Source: a bacterium (GTDB taxonomy: Bacteria; Elusimicrobiota; Elusimicrobia; Elusimicrobiales; UBA9959). From it: a stretch of 64,000 nucleotides of DNA. Every line of letters begins with the position of its first letter. Position 1 is the stretch's first letter. Position numbers and translations under genes: made by a program. The stretch lies in contig JAJYNO010000009.1 of NCBI GenBank assembly GCA_021786295.1, positions 35,977 to 99,976 of the forward strand, read 5' to 3'. Below are positions 50,401-62,400 of the stretch, one piece after another. The notes below the pieces were generated by a model. The model searched no databases. It saw only the letters and a list, made by a program, of their open reading frames with translations, and had not been told where the DNA came from.

Positions 50401-53400
50401 GCCGCCGCTGAATCCCGTCAATAACTACAAGCTTTCGGTCTGGGCCCGCGCCTACGACCTGGCGGGCAACTGGCAGGCCACGCCGACCAACACTCAGATA
50501 CTCAACAACCAGAACGCCGACGGCTCGGCCGCCTACTATTTCGACTACGACACCACGCTGCCGCAGACCGGCGTCACCGCGCCGGACAGGTATGCGCTGA
50601 ACGTGGCCACCGGGATGATCGCCGGCACGGCCTTCGACGCCGGCATAGAGCCCAGCGGCGTGGCCTACGTCTACCTGCGCCTGCACCGCTCCGACGGGGC
50701 CTACTGGCACTTCATAAACGGCAACTGGACCGACGCCACCGCCAGCGACAACTTCCTGGCCGGCTTCGGCAGCCCCTGGGCCGAGCCTATAACGCCGTCC
50801 TCCCAGGACGACGGCTACCGCTACGACGTCTACACCCTGGCCGTGGACAACGCCCAGAACAACTCCGCGAAGCAGTATTTCTCCACGTTCACGTTCATCG
50901 TGGACGAGACCCCGCCGGCCTCCAGGATAACCTTCCCGGCCAACAACAGCTTCATCGGCGCGGTCCCGGCCATCACCGGCACGGCCGACGACTCGGTGGA
51001 GGACCTGCACGGCTGGACAGCTCCGCGCGACTTCGAATCCGGCATCAGTTCCTCCACCGGGGTGCAGGTGGCCCTGCAGCGCCTGACGGACGGGCTCTGG
51101 TGGGACGGCGCCGGCTTCACTCTCTCCTCCAGGCAGTGGAACCCGGTCTCCTTCTCCGGCACCTCCTCCGGCACCTGGAGCTATTCGCTGCCGGCCGGGG
51201 CCATAGCGGACGGCACGACCTATTACGCCATGAGCCGGTCCCAGGATATCGCGGGGAATCTCGAGACGCAGTACACGACCAACTATTTCACCGGCGACGT
51301 GACCCCGCCGGTTTCCATGGCCTACGCGCCAAGCGGGACCACGGCGTCAGTCCCGCAGATAGTCGGCACGGCCTGGGATACCCCGCCCGGCCAGCTTAAG
51401 ACCACCAACATGGTGATGCTCTCGCTGAAGGAGGTCGACCCGGTCGTCAGCTGCTACGACAACGGGCTGAACCTGTTCGTCGCCTGCCCCGGCGGGCTGT
51501 ACCCGAACAACAGGATCTGGTTCACCACCGGCACGCTGACGGTGAGCCCGGACCCGACCCAGCTCAGCACCTGGACCTGGAACACCTCGGCCATAGGCTG
51601 GACCAACTCCGCCCAGTACAACGTCATAGCCCTGGCCATAGACAAGGCCGGCAACCAGAAGGCCTACGGCACCGTGGAGAACCCGGACATCAGCTTCACG
51701 CTCGTGACCCCGCAGGCCATGGCTACGATAGCCACGCCCCTGGGCCCCGACGACAAGAACTACATGGCCACCGACATCCCCAGCGTCAGCGGCACCGGCT
51801 CCAACCTGAGGGCGGTGGACAGCGTGCAGATAAGGCTGGAGAGGCTGATAGGGAGCACCAGCTGGTGGTACGAACCTTCCCTTTCCTGGGTGAGCCAGGA
51901 TACCTGGACCTGGTACAGCAGCAGCGACCAGAGCTGGCAGCAGCACATAAGCTCGGTCGCGTTCTCGGTGGACAACGCCTCCTACACCTTCGTCGTCACC
52001 CCGTACAACTCCACCGGCCAGACCGGCACCGACGCCACGAGGCGGGTAGTGATAGACAACACCAAGCCGGTGGGTTCCATACTGTATCCCGGCACGCCGT
52101 ACATCAACGCCATGGGCGTTCTTTACGGCACGGCCACCGACCCCAACAATATTACCCAGCCTTCCCTGCAGAAGGACTTCGGCGGCGACGTCTACGTCAG
52201 GATAAAGAACGTCGAGAACGGCTATTACTGGACCGGCTCCAGTTTCACGGCGACCGTGACGAACATAGAGACCAGCTATTCCCCGCAGACCGTGGTCAGC
52301 TGGTCAACGGCCACGGCGGTCACCGCGGGGCTGCAGGACGGGCAGCGCTACCAGGTGCTGCTGCTGCCCAAGGACAAGGCCGGGAACATGGAGAGCAACG
52401 AGAGCGCGATGCCCTCGTACCAGGTGCTTTACGACACCAATCCCCCGTCGGCCTATTTCTCCTTCCCCGGCAACAGGCAGGTGCTGCGCAGCCTTACTGC
52501 CATCACCGGAACGGCTTACGACCCGATCGGCGCCTACTCCCCGTACATGAAATCGGACCTCAACAACGTGCAGCTGCAGATCTACGACGAACAGGGGGTG
52601 AAGTGGTGGGCCGACGGGGCCGGCGGCTTCACGATCACCGGATCGAGCTTCAACGTGGTTTCCGGCACGGACACCTGGAGCTATTCTCCTCCGAACCTGG
52701 TCTCCGCGCTGACCTCCGGAAAATATTACGTGATCCAGGCCATGGCCACCGACCGCGCCGGCAACCAGCAGACGGGCTTCACCGACGTGGTCTCGTCCAG
52801 GGTCTTCATCTGGGACACCACGCCGCCGACCTCGGCCATAGCGCAGCCCGCCGACCAGGGCACCTATATGCCCGGCGCGCTGACCGGGGTGAACGCCCTG
52901 AGCGGCACGGCCACCGACTCCCCGCTGCCGTTCGTCGGCGTCCGGCTGAGCACGCCGCAGGTCAACCTGAGCTATATCGACGGCGGGACCACCTACTACT
53001 GGACCGGGTCGTCCTTCAGCTCGTACACGGTCACGTTCGACGGCGCCTGGCAGGACGCCATCGGCACTGACACCTGGCATTATCCTTTCGACGGGGCCAA
53101 CTGGGTCTCGGACAAACTGTACACGCTTTACGTGCGCGCCTTCGACCTGGCCGAGCCGCTCGGCCCCAACGGCGGCAACGAGCAGAACCCGTGGACGGTG
53201 CACCAGTTCGTGGTGGACGGCACGCCGCCGGTCTCCAGGATAACCGTCCCGCAGGACGGCAGCTTCATCCAGAACTCGCTGCCGGCCATCTCCGGCACCA
53301 GTTACGGCGGTCTTTCCGGCCTCGCCTCTCCTCCGTCCGGCCTGAAACTGCGGATCTCGCACGTGATAGGAGCGCAGACCTACTATTGGAGCGGGACCGC

Positions 53401-56400
53401 GGCCGGCGGCTGGAGCACGACTCCGGTCGATCTGCCGGTAAATTATACGGCTTCGGCCTCCACCATAACCTGGAGCTACCCGCCGGCCACCTACGACCCT
53501 CCGGACATCTCCACCAACAATCACGTGTATACCGTCTCCGTGGCCGGACTGGACAAGGCCGGCAACCAGGAGGCGTATAATTCCGTCAACGTCACCTCGG
53601 ATTTCAACTACCCGAGCATCAGCATCTCCACGCCCATGGCCGGGGCCGACGCCTTCTACGGCGCCGCGCGCCCCACCGGCCAGCTGGCCGGGGATTCGCT
53701 GGACGCCCCCGCGGGAGTGGCCCCGCCGATAACGACGGAGATCACCGACCTGTCGGAGAGCGGGGCGGTCAAGCCCAAGTGGGACGGCGCGGCCTGGTCG
53801 GTCGTCAATTCCACCTGGCTGGCCGTCAGCGGCCTCAGCCCCTGGTCCTACTCGCCGCCGGCCTGGCCGGCCAACAAGCGCTTCAGGGTGGAGCTCTACG
53901 CCGTGGACAACGCCGGCAACCAGGTCCCGCCCGGCACGTACGTGCGCGAGTTCATCTACGACGTCAACACGCCGTCGAGCACGATCCTGTCCCCGTCCTC
54001 GATATATCAGAACGCCTCGCAGGTGGCGTCCTTCTCCGGCACGGCCGTGGACTGGGTGAACAGCCCCTCCACCGAGGCCATGAGCGGCCTGGCCCCGCAG
54101 GGCGTGCAGGTGCAGATCGTCGACAACTCGCAGACCGGCGTCACGTTCAACGGCACCGGTTTCGCCTCCGGGGACTACTGGCGCAACGCCCAGTTCACGC
54201 CCACGTCCCAGATCACGGACGCGGTGCTGGGGGTGAACATCGTCCAGGCCGCCGACTGGTCCTATCCGCCGGCCGGCGATTCCTGGCCGCCGGCGCTGGT
54301 GCAGGGGCACAGCTACACGGTGCGCTCCCGCGCGCTGGACCGCGCCGGCAATCAGGAGAACTACCAGGAGCGGACCTTCACCTACGACGCCTCCGCCCCC
54401 ACGACCACGATCACGATGCCCGGCAATTTCGCCTATGCCTCGCTGCCGCTGAGCTCCGGCACGCTGCGCGAGGACTACAGCTACGTCCCGCCCGGCGGCA
54501 TACAGCTGCTGTTCAAGCGGAACTCGGACAGTCAGTACTGGACGGGTTCCGGCTGGGGGGCTTTCGCCGCCGCCGATTGGCTCGACGCCACCTCCGTCTA
54601 CCAGTCCTCCTGGACCTACGCGGACGCGGCGCTCTCCAACTATTTCAACACGCTTTCCGGTTCGCTGGATTTCACCGAATATATCCGCGGGACCGACGCC
54701 GCCGGCAACACCAATCTGCCGCAGACCCCGGCCCCGTCCGGCGGCGTGGTCTTCAAGATGGACCATTTCGTGCCGGTCTCGCTGACCACGTACCCGGCGA
54801 CCGGGAACGGCCAGCTGGTCTTCCGCAATACCCCGGTCTCGGCACTGGCCGGCACCGCCTCCGATTACGATCCCGGCTCGCCCTCCGGCCTCAACGGCGT
54901 CTACGTGCGCATACGCCGCTACGATTCCGGCGGCACTCCCTGCTACTACGACCAGACCTTCGGCAACTGGGTCACGGCGGCCGGCGGCTCGGAGTGGATG
55001 CCCCAGAACGCGGGGACCTTGTCCGCCTGGGCCAAGTCGCTGCCGGCCACCGCTTTCTCCGGCTCCAACGGCGGCGACTGCTATCCGGGCCTGGACAAGG
55101 GCGACGGGTTCCGCTTCGAAGTGCAGTCCTACGCGGTGGACAACACGCAGCCGGTCAACGGCGGGCCCAATACCGAGGTGAACTACTCCACGGCCTCGTT
55201 CCTGCTGGATTACAGCACGCCCACGGCCGCGATACTCCAGCCCGCCGACCAGTCCTACCTGCGCAACATCTACCAGCTGGCCGGCACCGCGGCCGATCCG
55301 GTGGCCGGGGGGGGGATACCGTCCGGGCTCGCCTCCATCGAATACGAGCTGACCGACACCGACGCCAACCCGAACCGCTACTGGAACTTCAACGCGCTGC
55401 AGTGGCAGACGGCCTACGTTTCCAGCGTGACGGCTCCGGCCGCCAACTGGACCGTCACGTCCATCCCGAACAACAACCCGTCCGGCAACGATTCCTGGGC
55501 GGTGGGCCGCTCGAGCGCCACCTTCCAGCTCCGGATCAAGGTCTCCGACAAGGCCGGCAACTACTCCGGTTTCGCGAACAACGTCTCCACGTTCACGCTG
55601 GACCTGCTGCCGCCCGACTCGCAGATCACGTCCCCGCCGACCCAGAACGGCTACTATCTCGCCGTCAGCAGCATAACCGGCACCGCGGCGGATTACAACT
55701 CCGGCGTCTCCACCGTGGCGCTGAGCGTGCAGCAGGACAACACGCAGGACGCCGACTGCACCAATACCGGGAACAACTCCTACTACTGGAACGGCTCCTC
55801 CTGGCAGGGCGGCCAGGTCTGGCTGCCGGTCAACTCCTACAATCCGGTGGGCGGCTCCTGGCGCTACGACGACGCGTCCAAGATAGTGTTCAACGCGTAC
55901 TGCTATTACGTCGTAATGTCGAGCGCGGTGGACAACGTCGGCAACGGGCAGGTGACATGGGGTTCCCGCCGCTTCAAGTTCACGCCGCCGCCGGCCGTCA
56001 CCCGCGTGCTGGTGCCGGCCAACGGGGTCTATTACCGCAACCTCTCGCAGGTCAGCGGCACGGCCAACGTGAACACCCAGTCCGTCTGGCTCAACGCCCG
56101 GCGGCTGCAGGACAACGACTACTGGAATTTCGGCTCCTCGTCGTGGCAGGTCGCCTTCTCCAGCGTCCAGGTGATCCCGGCGGCCGGCGCGTGGACGTTC
56201 GCCTCCTCGCTGCCTCCGCTGGTCACGAACTCCTCCTACACCTTTACCGCGGTCGGCCTCAACGGTTCCGGGGTTTTCGAGGCCGCGCCGGTCACCAATC
56301 AGGTCTATTTCGATACGACGCCTCCTGTCTCCCTGGTGCTGCTGCCCTCCCAGACCCAGCTCTATTACAACTCGCTGCCCAAGCTGGGCGGTACCGCCCA

Positions 56401-59400
56401 GGACCCGCCCGGAGTCTCGCCGCCGGCTTCCGGCGTCAGCGGCGTCTGGGTCAGGATACAGGAGACCACAGGGCCCTATTCCGGGGACTACTGGGACAAC
56501 TCCGCCTCCGCCTACACCCCGACCCAGACCGACAACAAGGCGGCCTACTACGTGGCGGCCTCCTCCTGGGATTTCACGGTCTCCTACCCTACGGCCGCGT
56601 TCACCGACGGCGCCGGCTATACGGCGCAGTCCTACTCGCTGGACAATACCTACGACAACGGCACGTTCAAGGGCACGCAGTCCCCTCTGTCGGCCCCGGT
56701 CGTCTTCAACTACGACGTAAGCGCCCCCACCGCCACGGTCACCTCGGTCTCTCCCGGGCAGGCGCGCTCTGCCGTGAGCGTGGCGAGCGGCGCGGTGCAG
56801 GAGACGATGGTCCTCTCCAACTTCGGCCAGCCGCCAGGCACCCAGATCAGCGAGGTCCGCCTGCATCTGCGCTATAACAACGTGAACAGCTATTGGAGCG
56901 GGTCCGGCTGGGTCCCCGCGGCCCCGGCCACGTATTTCGACGCCCAGGTCTTCCAGTCCTCCTGGACCTCCGCCGCGCTGCCGGTCTGGGCCGACGCCGG
57001 CTCCTACACGCTGTGGGCCGAGGCCATAGACAAGGCCGGCAACGACCAGACCAATTTCACCGCCAACGGCTCCTCCGTCACGTTCACGGTGGACAGTTCG
57101 GCTCCCGTAGTGGCGGTCCTCAACCCCGTCCCCGGCAGCAAGATCTCCTCCGTGGCCTCGGTCACGGGGACGGCGAACGACCCGAACTGGAGCACCAATT
57201 CCGGGATAGCCGGGGCCTCCAACGTGCAGGTCCAGGTGTCCTACCTGTACGGCGGCAGCACCTATTACTACGACAACGCGCTCTCGTTCTCCTCGTACAC
57301 CCTGGGCGACACCAATTCCTGGTGGCCGGCCACCAACTGGGCCGCCCAGGGGGCCTCCTCCGGGACCTGGACCTACGCCCCGGCCGGCCTCTCCTCGGCC
57401 ATGGTGGGGGACAGGGTCTACAAGTTCCGGGCCAGGGCCCAGGACAACGCGGTGCCGGTCCCCAACCCGGCGGTCCTCACCGACAACGCGGCGTCCAATT
57501 CCGGCGTGATCTACGACGTGACGCCGCCGGTGTCCCGCATCACCCTCCCGAAGGACGGCTCGAAAATACGTTCGCTCTCCGCCATAACCGGAACGGCGCT
57601 GGACAACCTGGCCGGCATCTCCACCCTGGGCCAGATCAGCGTCAGCATCGCGGCGCTCTCCCCCGTGGCCGGAAACTGGAACGGCGCCTCCCCGGGCGAC
57701 TTCTCGCTGCCCTCGGAGACCTTCCAGCCGCTCAGCGGAGGCTCCCTGGCCGCCACCTACGACGGCCTCAACTGGAGCTTCACGGCCCCGGCCCTGAGCG
57801 ACGGCTACACGTACCTGATGAAGGTCAAGGCCTCGGACGACGTCACGCCGCCGAACGTCGAGACGAACGTCTCTTCCGTGACGTTCACTTACGACATCAC
57901 GCCGCCGGCAGCCGCCATAGTCTCCCCGGTCTCGCTGCCTAACTCCGGGGCCAACCTGAACGCTCTGGCCTCCGTGTCCGGCACCGCCTTCGAGCAGTTC
58001 ACCCTCAAGTCCGCCTCCGTCTCGGTGCAGGAGGACGACACTCACCTGTACTACGACGCGCAGACTTCGACCTTCAACTCGGTGACGCAGAAATGGCTCA
58101 CGGCCGGCATTTCCGGCACGGGCCCGAACTATACGTGGACGGTCCCGGCGCCGCCGCTGACGGACAACAAGAACTACAACCTGCAGGTGACCGCGATCGA
58201 CGCGGCCGGCAACCAGCTCACGCCGCCCTCGGCCACGGTCATCAGGTACGACGTGACGCCGCCCGTCTCCCAGCCGGTCGCGCCCGCCAACGGCAGCTTC
58301 ATCAACAAGCTGGCGTCGGTCGCCGGCACGGCCTCCGATCCCAATTCCAACCCCTCCGGGGTGGCGGGAACCCAGATAAGGGTGCAGCGCAATTCGGACG
58401 GGAAGTTCTGGACCGGGGCGACCTGGGGCTCCGAGACCTGGCTTTCCGGGGTTCCCGGGACGGCCTGGACCAAGTCCTCGCAGCTGCCGCCGTCCGACAA
58501 CAACGTAGGCCTGACGGACGGCAACGTCTATACCGTGACCTCCCGTTCCTACGACGTCGCCGCCAACACCCAGAGCGTCATACTGGCCGGCACCTCCTTC
58601 ATGTTCGACGTTTCGAGCCCGACCGCCTTCGTGCAGCTGCCGCTCAACGGCGCCAGGTACAACGCGCTGCCCCAGCTCTCCGGCACGGCCGCCGACGCCA
58701 ACAACGTGACTTTCCCGCAGGTGCGCATCTACGATATCCCGCTGGGCAAGTACTGGATGACCGGCACCGGCACCTGCGGCGGCGTCACGCTGCCCGGCTG
58801 GGTGGGCAACACCTGCCCCGCTTTCCCGGAGATCTGGAACGTCGCCGTGGGCTCTTCGGCGACCGGCGCCCCTTTCACCTGGAGCTACGACTCCTCGGGC
58901 GTGGCGTGGCCTAACCGCGACGCCGGGCTGCGCGTGGACCTGAAGGCGCAGGACGCGGCCGGGAACTATTCCGTCACCTCTTCCACGTTCAGCTTCGACA
59001 ACGTGCCGCCCTCCTCGCTGATCCTCTACCCGCCGGTGGACGGCACGACGTATTCCTCGATGACCGCGATCTCCGGCACTTCTTACGACCTGACCTCCGC
59101 GATCAACGAGGTGGACATCCGCATGTGGTACCTGTCCGGCGGCACCACCTACTACTGGAACCCGGTGGCCCCGCACTGGACCGCCTCCGACCCCGGCTGG
59201 TTCTCCATCCCCGACGGGCCCGGCTCAAAGGGCATAGACAACCCGTGGACCTACTCGGACCCCAACTACGACTTCGACGACCCGGGCACCAACAACTTCG
59301 CCTGGAAGGAGGGGACGAACGACCACGCCAACGGCAAACTGTTCTATATAGTCACGCGGGCCATAGATTCGACGACCAACGACCAGGTCGTCCTTGCGAC

Positions 59401-62400
59401 GCGCACGTTCCAGTTCGACAACGTGCCGCCGCTCTCCGCCCCGGTGCAGCCGGGGCCGGATACGGCCTACAGCGGCCTCACCACCCTCTGGGGGACGGCC
59501 GCCGACGACGTCTCCGGCGTGGCCTCGGTCAAGGTCTCCATCCTAAGCGAGGACGCGACGGGCGGCCCCAAGTATTACGACGGCTCCGGCTTCAACAACG
59601 CGGCCGAGACCTGGCTGCCGGTGCAGAACCTCTATCCTTCCTCCTGGACCTACACCAGCGCCCTGCTGAGCTTCAGCGACACGATGCACTACGTCGTGAA
59701 GTCCTCGGCCACCGACTCCGTGGGCAACGTGCAGACCGTAGTCGGGGAGTCCCGCTTCCTGTTCGACACCACGCCTGCCACCTCGACGGTGCTGGCGCCG
59801 CTCAACGGCAACGTCTACGAGGACAACGAGTCCCTGATCGGCAACTACTACGACCCCGGCTACACTACCGGCATAAACGGGACCGGCTCGGGCGTCTTCC
59901 ATGACGCCTCCAACCCGTGGGGCAGGGGCCTGGTGGAGGTGGCTGTCTTCCGGGACACCTACCCCTACATGAGTTCCGTGGGGCCGCTGGTGTTCGGCCC
60001 CGGTTCCGGCTGGGACGACTCCGGCTATTTCTGGAACGGCTCTACGTGGACGGACGTCTCGGCGGGAGTGGTGTGGGTACCGGCCCAGTTCGATACGCAG
60101 CCGACCTGGGTCTACACCGCCCTGCAGTGCGCCAGCGACGCCCAGCGCGCCGCGCATACCTGCTGGGTGCGCGGCGACCGCTACGTGGTCTGGTCCCGCG
60201 CCACGGACAACGCGGGCGTTCTCGGCACCCCGCTGTCGGGTCCCAAGTTCTACATATCCGCCCCGGCCAAGAGCTTCAAGGTCTGGGTGGACGCCGGCCA
60301 GAACCCGATGACGGCGGGCGACATCGTGAACCTTAACGTGCAGGCCACGGACGCCGACGGGAACGTGGCCGCCGCCTATATCGGCACCGTCACGTTCCAG
60401 ATGGACTCAGGCCTCGGCCCGGAGGTCATGGGCGCCAACGCCGCCGAGGCCGTGGACGAACTGCACGGCCTGCCGCCGGAGTACCAGTTCCAGCCCTCCG
60501 ACTACGGCTTCAAGACCTTCCAGATGCGGCTGCGCAAGGCGGGCTCCAGGAGCCTGCTGGTCTCGGACCTTTACACGCCCAGCATAAACGGCAATTCCAC
60601 CCTCACGGTCAACCCGGCCGCGGCGCAGCAGACGCAGATCATCGCGGATTACGACCCGGCCGGGGAGATGCCGGCTCCGGGCACGGTCTCCGGCAAGACC
60701 GGAACCCCCAGGACCAAGCCCGCCGGGGCCAGCGTGCCGTTCCTGCTGCAGGTGACGGACAAGTACTGGAACGTCGTTCCGTCCTCCTCGGTCTCGCTGG
60801 GCGTGACCGATACCGACCCGAACAACTCGCTGGTCAGCCCCGACGGCCCGGCGGTCTTCGTGGGCTCGGCCACTATCAACCGGACCTTCGTCTCGGCGGA
60901 CAGCCAGGGCTGGAGCCTCCTCTGCAACGGCGCGGTCTCCAGCAAGGTCCCGGTGACCCCGAACCAGGCCGCGGGCCTGCTGGCGCTGATGCCGGGCGAG
61001 ACCAGGAACCAGGGCAAATACACCGTGCAGCCCTACGGCAAGGACGGCGTGGTGGCCGATCAGCTTGTCGGCTCCACGTTCACGGTCCGCGTCTACGCGG
61101 TGGACCAGTTCTACAACACCGACGTGTCCACGTCCTTCCCGGTCTCGGTGAGCATGCCGGGGGATAAATACGAGGTCAACCCGGCCCCGGCCCAGCTCTC
61201 CAACGGCACGACCAGTTTCGTGTTCACCCCTATCGTGGCCGGGACCCAGACCGTAGAGGCGCAGCAGGCCGGCGCCGGATACCTGAGCGGCGGCACTTCG
61301 TTCTACGTGACGCCCAACACGGTGAAGGTCTGGTGGGGCGGGCCGGCCCAGCTCAACCTGGTGGTTCCCGGCCAGACGCTGGAGCCGGGGCTGCCGCCTT
61401 ACGGCTCCAATCCCTCTCCGGGCGGGAAACTGGGCTCGCCTTCGCCGCTGACGGCCGGCGTCACGGTGCAGATGTCGGTCTACCTGACGGACCAGTACTA
61501 CAACGTCGTGCTGGGGACCACGCCTTTCATGGCGGTCTCCTCCAACACCCCGCAGGTGGAGATATCCTTCCCCAACGATCCCAACATCGCGGCCCGCGGC
61601 CTGCCGCCCTTCTCCGGAGGCTTCGATATCAGGAGCCTGATAGGCGGCTCCACCACGTTCAGCGTGATCCCGGTCACCCACGACGAATCCCCGGGCATGA
61701 CCGCGACGGTGTACGATACCGGGCTTACCGGCACCAATTTCAGCACCGACACCGTCACCGGGATAGTCGTGAAGTCGGCTCCCGCGACGCACCTGCTGCT
61801 GATGGTGCCGAACGAGGTCCCGGCAGAAGGCCTCATCGGCGGGAAATCCGGGACGGCCGGCCCGCTGACCGCCGGCTCCACCTACCAGATAACGGTGCGC
61901 GCCGTGGACGATTTCGGCAACCTGGCCAGCGACGGCCGCTCCGTCAGGATACAGTCCAACGACGTCTATGCCTCCACCTATGCGGCCGGCGCTCCCGCCG
62001 TTTTCCCGCCGCAGGCCCTGGCGAACGGCCAGACCGTCTTCAAGGGCTTCCTGCCCAGCGCCGCCACCGGCAACCTGGTGATAGACGCGGTCGACAACGA
62101 TACCATCTATCCCAAGCTTTCGACGAGCACCGACTCCGGCGTGACGGTCAGCCCGGGACAGGCTTCCCGCCTGATAGTGCTGCTGCCCACGCAGTCCCTC
62201 GTGCCCGGCAAGGTGCTGCCGCCCTACGGCACCGCCGGGAGCATCTCTACCCAGACCGCCGGCGTCGGCTTCAGCGCGCAGGTCTACGCCGCCGATTCCC
62301 GCTACAACATGGTCTCCGACGTCTCGCTGAACAAGACCATGCACGCGGTGGCCGACGACGCCTTCGGCGGTCCCTCCAGCAACGGGGACCTGGGGACCTT

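Noticed and set aside
35324-62344. Very long minus-strand ORFs (e.g. 35324-38899, 40439-44149, 45335-51010, 52304-59176)
   Set aside because: Antisense shadows of the giant + strand gene caused by high-GC codon bias. They are R/G/V-rich with no recognisable motifs.
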